Source: a virus
Direction: 5' to 3' (one strand)
IMG/VR virus record: IMGVR_UViG_3300005529_000001
Coordinates: 144,882 to 208,881 of that record
Length of the DNA: 64,000 nucleotides
Part shown: piece after piece, positions 25,962 through 33,805 of the stretch
Position numbering within the stretch: the first letter of the stretch is position 1
Layout: each line of letters starts with the position of its first letter
Made by a program: the position numbers and the translations under genes
Notes under the pieces: generated by a model
The model's database searches: none
What the model saw: the letters and a program-made list of their open reading frames with translations, nothing else
What the model was told of the DNA's origin: nothing

Positions 25962-26734
25962 CCCAGCACCACAACTCCACCAACGACCGCTGCTTCCGTG
26001 AAGCTGCTGCCATGTGTCCAGATCCGACGGTCACGGTCGATGACACATGACCCACCCTTGTATGACATGTCACGTTCAGTGCCCACGCGGTTGCTGACGA
26101 CCACGTTTGCGCGTGTCTCCTCAACCAGCTCGACCCAAGCGTTGTCCGGGTAACCGTACGCAGCGCCCCAGTTCGTCAGCAGGGCGATGGTGTCAACGCT
26201 GCCCAGCTTGTAAAAACGCTGTGTTGTTGCATGGTGGATGTACGACTCACGGTAACGGTTCGATGCGTCTCTGCAGATCAGGACACCCAACCTTCCCGCG
26301 GGGGTGATGATGACCGGAGCGGGTGCCTCGCTGGGCTGTGCCCACAGGTTGTCGCTGCCATAGAGGTTGTGCTTCTGGGCGTTGCCCGCCAACCCGTTGG
26401 GTCCCACGACGGCGGCTGAGTTGTACAGCTTTCCCTCACAGAGCTCGGTGTAACCGAAGACGACGTAGCAACCAAACTTCCGGGTGATAGCTTCGAAAGC
26501 ACAGGTTTGGTAACCATCACGTGTCTGTGCGACCTCGACGGCTTCACGGGGCGAGTGCAGGTTGTAACCCCCGATACAAGTCTCGGGCAACACGACCAGC
26601 ATCGCGCCCTTGGCTGCAGCTTCGAACGTCAGCTCGAGCGCAGTCGCCAGGTTCTCTTGGACCCGCCCGAGCTTGGGCTCGTACTGGACCGCAGCGACAA
26701 CCTGTGTCTGTGGGATCGCGGTGACAAACTCCAT
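25958..26734 (-). CDS. Carbon-nitrogen hydrolase (nitrilase superfamily)
   Basis: Catalytic E-K-C motifs: LVVLPETCIGG, KHNLYG, VLICRDAS. Start set at the internal ATG (MEFVTAIP) forming TGATG with the upstream stop. Confidence 0.6.
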   Translation of the reverse strand: MEFVTAIPQTQVVAAVQYEPKLGRVQENLATALELTFEAAAKGAMLVVLPETCIGGYNLHSPREAVEVAQTRDGYQTCAFEAITRKFGCYVVFGYTELCEGKLYNSAAVVGPNGLAGNAQKHNLYGSDNLWAQPSEAPAPVIITPAGRLGVLICRDASNRYRESYIHHATTQRFYKLGSVDTIALLTNWGAAYGYPDNAWVELVEETRANVVVSNRVGTERDMSYKGGSCVIDRDRRIWTHGSSFTEAAVVGGVVVLG

Positions 26735-28230
26735 CACTTCTTGCCCTTCTTGGGAGACTCCTTGATCACGTTGGACCACTTCTCTCCGTTTGGCATCTCA
26801 ACGATGAAGATGCCCTTCTTACCGTGACGGTGGACGTTGACCTTGGTGCCCGCCCTGTACTGCGTCTTGTTTGGGTTCGTTGGCCGAGCCTCGACGCCGT
26901 CAGCGATGACGTACGGTCCCTTGTTATCAGCCATGACCATCGCGGCGGCTTCAGATAGCAACGGGCTCTTCGCTCGCTTGCTCTCGTCAAACCCGCTCCA
27001 GTCAACAGCAGCTGACTTGCCCGATGCCATCTTGACATCCTTGCTCTTGCCCGGGCGACCCACTGGCTTTGACGGCTTGCTTGGGTCAGCTGCAACGCTC
27101 TTGCCGCTGATGTTTGCAGGGTCATCCTCGTCAAGCTGTTCATCGCCCTCGCCCAACGGGTCCTCGAGATCTTCGGGCTTGGCTTTCATGTTGCGACGGA
27201 TAGTGTTGTGAAGGTACTCACGGAAACCGTCCAGCTCACGGACGATGTCTGGGTGGTCCTTCATCAGCTGGACATCAGCCGCGGTCAGCTCACCCGTCTT
27301 GTTCAGCATGCCGATGTAATCGTTCATTGCCGTCAAGACCAGGATCTCACGGTCATCTTCCGGCAGCTCATAAAGGAACTTGAACCGCAGCAACGCCTTG
27401 TCGACGGCTTGCTTGGCGCCTGACACCGACATGCCAGCTTCTTTGGCGATGTCCTCAAATGAAGCAGCGCCGACCTGGCCCAGAGCTCCGATCTCCTGGT
27501 GAGCGTGCTTCGGCTTCTTCTCAGCCTCTTCATCACCACCCTCTTCGTCTGGGAGATGGGGTTCTTCTTCAGCCGCGGGCTCCTCCTCGTACTTCTCGAC
27601 AGATGGGCCCAACGTCTTCCGCAGGTCTCCGACAGTCTTCTCGTGCCGCTTCTGGTATTCACCACCGTGAACGCCCATCGGGATCTTCTTTGCGACCACG
27701 TTGTTCGGGTTCGTGGCGGGCGACAAGTCTTTCTTCTCCTTGCCAGCTTGATCCAGGTCCGCCTCAGTCAGGCCACGTGCTTCCAGGATCGCCTTGCGGA
27801 TGCGTGCCCGCAGCATTTCTTCTACCTTGTTCGTCGTCGGCATCTTGCCCTCGTGTTGTTCCTTGTCTTTGCCGCTGTTGCCAGCGTTGTCGATCGCTTC
27901 TTGGCTACCGGCCACCATGGCTGCCTGGGTCGCAGCATCAATCTCGTCTTTTTCGCTACGCCTGTCAAGTGCAGTCTTGACCGCGGTGAACACCGCCGGC
28001 ATGTCGGTGTCAGGCAGGTTCTTGACCAGCTGCTGGATCGCCACTCCGAACTCTGTCTTGTCCTGTGGCGTGAAGTTCGGGTTGACGGGGTCAGTCACAG
28101 CGACGGACGGGTCGGTGATGGGATTGATCTTAACAGCCGGGCTCTCGCCCTCGCCTGACCATCCCGTCGAATCCAGGGCTTCGCGCACCATCTCCCGGAG
28201 CGCTTTGTCGCTGATGACGACCTTTGTCAC
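26734..28230 (-). CDS. DNA-binding protein with sigma-70 region-4-like HTH; CTS-like N-terminus
   Basis: SFEDIAKEAGMSVSGAKQAVDKALLRFK parallels sigma region 4.2 ([28 protein letters not shown]). Start set at a GTG with a perfect GGAGG SD 5 nt upstream, giving MTKVVISDKALREMVREALD. Lys-rich C-terminus. Confidence 0.45.
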   Translation of the reverse strand: MTKVVISDKALREMVREALDSTGWSGEGESPAVKINPITDPSVAVTDPVNPNFTPQDKTEFGVAIQQLVKNLPDTDMPAVFTAVKTALDRRSEKDEIDAATQAAMVAGSQEAIDNAGNSGKDKEQHEGKMPTTNKVEEMLRARIRKAILEARGLTEADLDQAGKEKKDLSPATNPNNVVAKKIPMGVHGGEYQKRHEKTVGDLRKTLGPSVEKYEEEPAAEEEPHLPDEEGGDEEAEKKPKHAHQEIGALGQVGAASFEDIAKEAGMSVSGAKQAVDKALLRFKFLYELPEDDREILVLTAMNDYIGMLNKTGELTAADVQLMKDHPDIVRELDGFREYLHNTIRRNMKAKPEDLEDPLGEGDEQLDEDDPANISGKSVAADPSKPSKPVGRPGKSKDVKMASGKSAAVDWSGFDESKRAKSPLLSEAAAMVMADNKGPYVIADGVEARPTNPNKTQYRAGTKVNVHRHGKKGIFIVEMPNGEKWSNVIKESPKKGKK

Positions 28231-28231
28231 T

Positions 28232-28588
28232 TCAGCCTCCCGACACTGGGTTCTTCGCGTTTGAATCAACCCAGTGACGTCCGAAGTACAACGTCAGGAT
28301 CGGGATGAAGTATGCACCCGCAGCCGCGGCGTCAAAGGGCCTGAAAGAGACAGGACCTACTTTGTCAACGATCGACAGGATGTATGCGATTGACGTGATG
28401 ACAAAAGCGACGGTGACGAACGTGGTGCTGACGCTCCCGTTTCCGTTGGTGTCCTTGATCCAGAACCACGATGCCTTGACCTCGGTGGGATCTGACACGG
28501 GCGTCTCACTGACCGCTTGGGCTGGCACATGTTGCACTCCAGCAGCGGGAGCCTGGGGATCGGGCGGGAGGGGCTGTGACTCGTCCAT
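28232..28588 (-). CDS. Membrane protein
   Basis: 118 aa with two C-terminal TM helices. A promoter-like CCTACTTAC plus TATAGT lies upstream. Confidence 0.4.
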   Translation of the reverse strand: MDESQPLPPDPQAPAAGVQHVPAQAVSETPVSDPTEVKASWFWIKDTNGNGSVSTTFVTVAFVITSIAYILSIVDKVGPVSFRPFDAAAAGAYFIPILTLYFGRHWVDSNAKNPVSGG

Positions 28589-28627
28589 GGTTACCTCTGA
28601 TGGGCACTATACCACAGCCCACCGCAG

Positions 28628-28636
28628 GTAAGTAGG
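28628..28636 (-). promoter_or_regulatory. CCTACTTAC motif plus TATAGT and GAGGT SD upstream of 28232-28588
   Basis: Minus-sense CCTACTTACctgcggtgggctgtggTATAGTgcccatcaGAGGTaaccATG. Confidence 0.3.
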
Positions 28637-28648
28637 ATGCCCGGGACG

Positions 28649-29197
28649 TCAGTGTGTGGCTTTCGAGAGCGCAAAAGCCGTCAGGACGGTGGTAACCACC
28701 CCGCCGACGAACCCGACACCGATCCACACCCCAGCTCCAGGCCCGCCCGTGTTCTTTTTAAGCTGGTCCTGCAAGATCTGGCTCTGCTTCTGTGCATCGG
28801 TGAGCTGGGCGTTCAGGATGTTCTTGTCAGCTGTGCACGTAGTCGCTGATGAATCTAGCGCGTATTTCTTGTCAGCTGCGTCAACCTCCTGTTGGCGCTG
28901 GACCGCGAGCTGTGCTGCCGCTGCTGCGGTGTCACGTTGCGCGATGACTGATGCCACCGCCTCGGGAGAAAACAGCACCCCCGTCAAAGGAGACGCTTGC
29001 CCCTTGTTAAGCGGGTAGATGACCGGGGGCGGCGAGGGAGCCGCAGGAGCAGTCGCAACAGGTGCTGCTGGCGCGGGAGGGCTTGCCCAAGCGGGTGAGG
29101 CAGTGACCAGCATCGTGGTGACGAGCAACGCTGAGATTCCTCTGTAGATGGGCCGAGGGGGGAGGGGCCGGGGTGACTTTTTCATGTTGGACCTCAT
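28649..29197 (-). CDS. Secreted/membrane coiled-coil protein
   Basis: Signal-like N-terminus with a Pro/Ala-rich region, a coiled coil and a C-terminal hydrophobic helix. 4-nt overlap with the upstream gene. Confidence 0.4.
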   Translation of the reverse strand: MRSNMKKSPRPLPPRPIYRGISALLVTTMLVTASPAWASPPAPAAPVATAPAAPSPPPVIYPLNKGQASPLTGVLFSPEAVASVIAQRDTAAAAAQLAVQRQQEVDAADKKYALDSSATTCTADKNILNAQLTDAQKQSQILQDQLKKNTGGPGAGVWIGVGFVGGVVTTVLTAFALSKATH

Positions 29198-29589
29198 TGC
29201 GCTGGCACCTGGACGACGAACCCGAACTTCGATGCAGCGAGGTCAGCGAGCCCTTTCGCATCGTTGCCATACTTCTTGACGATCTGGCTGGTCTCCTGTG
29301 TCTGTTGCTGCTGCAGCTGAGCCTGAGCCTGGACGTACTCCTGTTGGATCTGAGCTAACTGCGTTTGGTACTGCTGCAACTCTTGCTGGTGCTGTGCCAC
29401 CTCGTCAGCGCGAGCCTTGTTGACTGCCGCTATCTCCTGTGCATGTGCAGCATCAAGCTTGTTGACGATGTCAACCTGAGCTTTCTGTTCGTGCCTGACC
29501 CAGGCGTAACCCACAACGATGGCAACAACCAGCAAGATCGCTTGCCAGTGGGTTTTGAAGAAACTCCAGACAGACGTGAGCACGGGCAT
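29194..29589 (-). CDS. N-terminal-TM coiled-coil protein (i-spanin-like architecture)
   Basis: TM (WQAILLVVAIVVGYAWV) followed by a Q/A-rich coiled coil, as in inner-membrane spanin subunits. Confidence 0.4.
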   Translation of the reverse strand: MPVLTSVWSFFKTHWQAILLVVAIVVGYAWVRHEQKAQVDIVNKLDAAHAQEIAAVNKARADEVAQHQQELQQYQTQLAQIQQEYVQAQAQLQQQQTQETSQIVKKYGNDAKGLADLAASKFGFVVQVPAQ

Positions 29590-29622
29590 GTTTACCTCAG
29601 AGGATGGGATCAGTTCCGGGAA

Positions 29623-29979
29623 TCAATTTGGTTTCTCCCCAGCTTGTTTACGAAGCTTTGCAGCTTCGACAGCGGTGGTATCTTTGGTGTCGATGACGGG
29701 CGTCTCGATGTCGGGCATCTCCATGTTCATCGAGTTCTCATTGAGCTTCTTGAAGATGACCTGCTGCATCTGCCACATCTGCTGCATCACTCCGTGGTGG
29801 ACGCGCTGGTTGTGGGCGAGGACGGCAACTGCTTCCGCGACGTGACCCAGCTGCTCAGCACAAGCATGAAGACCTAGGGCTAACATCTTGACAGTCCGCG
29901 TTGCTTCGACGGCTTTGTCAAAGACGCGATCGATAAACGACACCGCATCCTCAGCCTCAGGCGGATAGTGAATCTTCAT
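29623..29979 (-). CDS. Hypothetical protein
   Basis: 118-aa ORF on the prevailing strand. Confidence 0.3.
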   Translation of the reverse strand: MKIHYPPEAEDAVSFIDRVFDKAVEATRTVKMLALGLHACAEQLGHVAEAVAVLAHNQRVHHGVMQQMWQMQQVIFKKLNENSMNMEMPDIETPVIDTKDTTAVEAAKLRKQAGEKPN

Positions 29980-30283
29980 CGTCGATTTCCTCCGAATCGT
30001 CGTTTATCAAATCGTACAACGTATCAGAGTCAAGTTCATTAAGCCCACGTCGTCGGGTACGAAGCCCAGGCCTCAAACCCGTACCAGCCAGAGCAGCTCG
30101 TGCCCGTTCACGTTTCATCTGCTCGACCAGGCGAACAGCTGACTTGTTGCCCTCAGCCACGCACTTGGCAAACCACTCGAACGCTTCTTGCATCGAAGCG
30201 TCCATCTCAACCAGGGTCGACTTGAACCTGGTGTGGACGGGCTTCATCAGCTTCACGTGAACGTTGGTGCTCTTGCCCTCCAC
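29957..30283 (-). CDS. Hypothetical protein
   Basis: 108-aa ORF with a short overlap to its neighbour. Confidence 0.3.
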   Translation of the reverse strand: MEGKSTNVHVKLMKPVHTRFKSTLVEMDASMQEAFEWFAKCVAEGNKSAVRLVEQMKRERARAALAGTGLRPGLRTRRRGLNELDSDTLYDLINDDSEEIDDEDSLSA

Positions 30284-30286
30284 TTG

Positions 30287-30964
30287 TCACGCCGGCGCGC
30301 CGCCGCCTCCTGGGCCCGCCTCAGCAGAGCCGCTTGCACGAGCAGCGGGCGGTGCTGGGAATTTGTCGTCATCGACTGACTGCCTATCCTGGCCGGGGAC
30401 CATGCCATGATCGTCACGCATGACGTTGTCAAACGCTTGCAGGACCTCGTCGTTGTAGTTCTTCTGCAAGAAACCACGCGCTCGGCGCATCAACGTAGCC
30501 TTGACTTCAAGCAAGCTGTCATAGTTCTCAATGAGCCTGACGACATCATCACAGAACTTGGCGACATCAACGTCTTCCATCGTCAGCTTCCCAGCGTCAT
30601 CGTCACCCATCATGTCGTCAGCACCGGGAGCAGCATCATCAGCGCCCTGGGCATCCTTGTCTCCCTGGCCCGCCTCGATCAGGACTCCCTTGACCAGGTC
30701 ACGCCAGTCCATCGCTTCCATCTGTGCGGCGCTGCCGGGACCCTGGAGCGAGTTGTCTGTCTTCTTGGAATCGGTCTCGTACTGCATCAGGTACTTGTCG
30801 ACCTGCTCATCCAGCGAGTCACCGCTAGCGCCCGTCACGTGTGCCTGGCTGTCATCGGGCGCTTCCTCAGGAGCCTCCTCGAGGACACGAAGGTAAGTGT
30901 CCATCCGACCGCGTTTTGCTTCGGACATGATCTGACGGAGATCACCCATCCTTAATCGCATCAT
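30287..30964 (-). CDS. Acidic protein with CTS-like N-terminus
   Basis: MMRLRMGDLRQIMSEAKRG. Asp-rich, 225 aa. Parallels MMRLTLGQLRNLLSEE (55226-55450). Confidence 0.45.
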   Translation of the reverse strand: MMRLRMGDLRQIMSEAKRGRMDTYLRVLEEAPEEAPDDSQAHVTGASGDSLDEQVDKYLMQYETDSKKTDNSLQGPGSAAQMEAMDWRDLVKGVLIEAGQGDKDAQGADDAAPGADDMMGDDDAGKLTMEDVDVAKFCDDVVRLIENYDSLLEVKATLMRRARGFLQKNYNDEVLQAFDNVMRDDHGMVPGQDRQSVDDDKFPAPPAARASGSAEAGPGGGGAPA

Positions 30965-31719
30965 GAGCCCCTCTTCTGTCCCTGGCCCATCACCTGTGCC
31001 AGCTCCTCAGCCTTCTTGAAACGTTCTTCGATGACATCGAAGTTAAGCTCTTTCATCATCGCAACCAGGTATGACTCCTTGTCGGTCTGGTAATCTTTGA
31101 AGTACGAGTGCTCGTGCATGTCAATGACGACCAACGGGTAGAACCCGAGCATCACGTCTTGTGAGTTGTTGCTGACCATCGTGTTGATGTAGCGTTGGAG
31201 GTACATGTGATAGCCGCAGACAGCCCATCCCTGCCCGCTGCCCATCGCGCAAGCCATGAAGTCTTTCTGCCAGTCGTTGAATGTTCCAAAGTCACGTTCT
31301 AACCTCAGGTACGTCATCGAGTCCATGTAGACTTCGCTGTGAGGATCGAAGCAGTTGGCAAAGTACAGCTCGTGAAGCCACACTGCATTGAGGTTGTATG
31401 TCTCATCCAGCTTCAGGCTACGGTAATCGCTGTGCTTGCTGTCGGCTTGCGCTCGTTCTGCGGTGTCGAGCTCGCTGCTGACGCGGTTCAGCGTCTCGAT
31501 GTGGCCCTTGTAAAGAGCCTCGTGAGCGTCCTTCGTCTTCTGTGACGCAAACTCGGTCACCTGACTGTACTGCTTGGGTTGCGCGACGTACGCCTCGTCA
31601 AGCGGTTCGGGTCCCGGGATCTGCTTCTTCAGCGACTCTTTGATGATGCCAGCGAGGTCAACACCCTCTGCAAGACCCAGCAAGCCGTCACCTGTCTTTC
31701 CGTTCGAGCTCATGGCCAT
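30961..31719 (-). CDS. Fe/Mn superoxide dismutase-like protein with ~45-aa N-terminal extension
   Basis: ERDFGTFNDWQKDF (cf. ERDFGSVDNFKAEF), VIDMHEHSYFKDYQTDKESYL (cf. [20 protein letters not shown]) and AHEALYKGHIETLN (cf. HHTKHHQTYVNN). The four metal-ligand positions are occupied: His, His, Asp, His. Confidence 0.5.
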   Translation of the reverse strand: MAMSSNGKTGDGLLGLAEGVDLAGIIKESLKKQIPGPEPLDEAYVAQPKQYSQVTEFASQKTKDAHEALYKGHIETLNRVSSELDTAERAQADSKHSDYRSLKLDETYNLNAVWLHELYFANCFDPHSEVYMDSMTYLRLERDFGTFNDWQKDFMACAMGSGQGWAVCGYHMYLQRYINTMVSNNSQDVMLGFYPLVVIDMHEHSYFKDYQTDKESYLVAMMKELNFDVIEERFKKAEELAQVMGQGQKRGS

Positions 31720-31725
31720 ACTTAT
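31716..31725 (+). promoter_or_regulatory. CCATACTTAT promoter-like motif upstream of 31747-32022
   Basis: Plus-sense ggCCATACTTATcaggtgggtcgggcgcaggacATG. Overlaps the start codon of the divergent SOD-like gene. Confidence 0.3.
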
Positions 31726-31746
31726 CAGGTGGGTCGGGCGCAGGAC

Positions 31747-32022
31747 ATGACAGAACAGCTCCTCAGGCAGTTCATCAAGGAGACTCTGGACAGTCTCGAC
31801 CTCGACCAGAGCCTGGTCAAGAAGGATGACACTGACGGCAAGCCCGTCATTCGCAAACTAGTCACCTTCAAGAAACGTGGCACACGGTTTCACAAGGGCG
31901 ACAACCTGAACACTGACATCAACATGGATGGTAACCTCGTCGTTGATGACAGTGAGATCTGGGAACCCGATATGACCAAAGAGAAGGTCAAGACGGGCCG
32001 GACCGTCCACCGAGTAGCGTAA
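31747..32022 (+). CDS. Small plus-strand protein with CTS-like N-terminus
   Basis: MTEQLLRQFIKETLDSL. CCATACTTA promoter-like motif 22 nt upstream. Minus-strand ORFs overlapping it are judged spurious or less likely. Confidence 0.4.
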   Translation: MTEQLLRQFIKETLDSLDLDQSLVKKDDTDGKPVIRKLVTFKKRGTRFHKGDNLNTDINMDGNLVVDDSEIWEPDMTKEKVKTGRTVHRVA

Positions 32023-32254
32023 ATAGCTGGCCTCGGATGACATCGTCACGGATGTCGTGAGCAAACTTGACGCATTCCGGGTCCTTGGAATGAGCCTCCT
32101 GGTCCTCGTAGGCCTCATCGCACCCACACGGAGAACCGTTGATGTCACGGGTGCCCCCGTTGCAACAGTTGTTACCACAGTCGGCGCAGATGACCATGTC
32201 ACACTCGCAACCGAAACAGTATGACAGGGTGTGACGAGACGGGCGTGCCATGGG

Positions 32255-32914
32255 TCAGACTGTAAACTGTCCAGCTTTGAATTGTTTGTCAGTCACTCTT
32301 ATCAACTTCAAGTTATTCTTGTGGAACCACTCGTCCTGTCGCCTATCGATCTGGTACTTCAACAGGATTGTACGATCGCGTGGCGTCTTGAACCTCATAA
32401 TCTCTTCCAGCGAGCGGTCAAGCCCGTGCCAGTACTCGCCGTCAAACTGCACGTAGGTATCGATGCTCTTAACGTAAAAGTCGATGGGCCACTTGTTGAC
32501 GACAACTTGACGTTCTACGTTGCCGAACTGTAACACGAGCCACTCGTAAAACGCATCTTCACTCTTGGAGTTGAAGTACGAACCGTTCCGTTTCATCGTC
32601 TCATGACGTTGTCGGCACTTTTCGGGCGTGTTAGCTAGAAAATGTACTTCAGGAAGCGAGAGAACTGATTTGACACCAAAGCGTGCTAGTACGGTCGCTT
32701 GTTGCTTAGCAACAACATCAGGTTGAACTCTTGCCTGCGTACACAGTTCTCGATGTTCAGCTTGCGAACACTTACATGAACAGAAGTGTTGTGGTTGGCT
32801 CTCATATCCCGACGAGAAGTTTGTTACGAATCTTCGACCACAGTGATCACACTGAACTTCCAGCTTTTGAAGAGGCTTACGACGACTAGGCACTGAAAAC
32901 TTACGAAGCAACAC
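32255..32914 (-). CDS. Zn-finger plus DUF559/Vsr-like (PD-(D/E)XK) endonuclease; probable homing-endonuclease-type mobile gene
   Basis: CDHCGRRF...CSCKC Zn-finger. C-terminal FYVKSIDTYVQFDGEYWHGL matches the DUF559 core (hhhDFyh...hEhDGxxWH). Local GC about 45% versus about 58% in flanks. Confidence 0.5.
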   Translation of the reverse strand: MLLRKFSVPSRRKPLQKLEVQCDHCGRRFVTNFSSGYESQPQHFCSCKCSQAEHRELCTQARVQPDVVAKQQATVLARFGVKSVLSLPEVHFLANTPEKCRQRHETMKRNGSYFNSKSEDAFYEWLVLQFGNVERQVVVNKWPIDFYVKSIDTYVQFDGEYWHGLDRSLEEIMRFKTPRDRTILLKYQIDRRQDEWFHKNNLKLIRVTDKQFKAGQFTV

Positions 32915-32954
32915 GAGATCTACATATCTCCCGCGTCTAATTCGTACTCAGTTT

Positions 32955-33236
32955 CTAGTCCAACTCATATTCTTGTTCGAGCGTAGACTTATCGACGATG
33001 AACTTCTCGTCCTCAGGCGTCCTTAGGATGACATCCCGGGGTCCAACGCTGTCGATGGTGTAACGGATCTGACTGCCCTTGTGCTTCACCTTGAGCTCGG
33101 GCGACAGCACGTCCTTCGGGTCGTGACCGACCTTCGAGTTCATGACCATGTCGATCTGCTCGGCGAGCTGGTCAACCTTCTTCTGCCACTCCTCACGCAT
33201 CACACGGAGGACGTCTGCTTCTGTTAGCGGCTTCAC
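32955..33236 (-). CDS. Hypothetical protein, MKP-LTEA N-terminal subfamily
   Basis: MKPLTEADVLRVMREEW parallels MKPQLTEAHVAEIMEHLLE (52728-53687). Confidence 0.4.
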   Translation of the reverse strand: MKPLTEADVLRVMREEWQKKVDQLAEQIDMVMNSKVGHDPKDVLSPELKVKHKGSQIRYTIDSVGPRDVILRTPEDEKFIVDKSTLEQEYELD

Positions 33237-33244
33237 GACAGTAA

Positions 33245-33805
33245 CTATCGCCGGGCCAGAGCTTGGTAGATGGCTTCCTGCAGGGTCAACACCTCGACCC
33301 CAGCGCTTTTCAGGAGATCGATCCCATCAGTGATCCGATACGGGATCTCATAGACGACTCTGGCAATCTCCGCGTTGACGATCAGCTTCGCACACTCCTT
33401 GCACGGGCTGTTCGTCACGTACATGTGCTTCGGTCTGGCAAAGTTGTAGTCGCACTTGACGAGAGCGTTGACCTCAGCGTGGACAGTGCCGCTCTTCCCG
33501 CGTTCGAGCGATTCAACGTGATTGGGACCGCCCTTCCACATCCCGTTGTACCCTACGCTGAGCATCTGCGTGTTGTTCGACGAAACGACGATCGCTCCCA
33601 CTTTCAATGCCGGGTCGATCGAGCGCAAAGCGATTGTCTTTGCGACCTGCATCCAGACTGACGGCCAGGTCGGACGTTCGGGTTCCTTGTCCTCAACGAG
33701 AACAGTCAAGCAGAACTTGCACGTCTGCCCACCGGCATCATTCTCCACCCAATGATGGAAGATGTCTTTGGTGTTTGCTAGACACGCTTCGTTTAGGTTT
33801 CCCAT
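33245..33805 (-). CDS. dCMP deaminase (zinc-dependent cytidine/deoxycytidylate deaminase family) with N-terminal extension
   Basis: HAEVNAL (Zn His/Glu) and SPCKECAKLI (PCxxC). Resembles T4 Cd. Confidence 0.75.
   Translation of the reverse strand: MGNLNEACLANTKDIFHHWVENDAGGQTCKFCLTVLVEDKEPERPTWPSVWMQVAKTIALRSIDPALKVGAIVVSSNNTQMLSVGYNGMWKGGPNHVESLERGKSGTVHAEVNALVKCDYNFARPKHMYVTNSPCKECAKLIVNAEIARVVYEIPYRITDGIDLLKSAGVEVLTLQEAIYQALARR

Noticed and set aside
31858-32251. Minus-strand ORFs 31858-32202 and 31988-32251 (the latter a Cys-rich 87-aa Zn-ribbon-like peptide)
   Set aside because: They overlap the plus-strand gene 31747-32022, which has both the promoter-like motif and a family-typical N-terminus. 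The 87-aa Cys-rich ORF could still be real (convergent, 35-nt overlap), but it lacks any start-proximal signal, so it is not listed as a feature.
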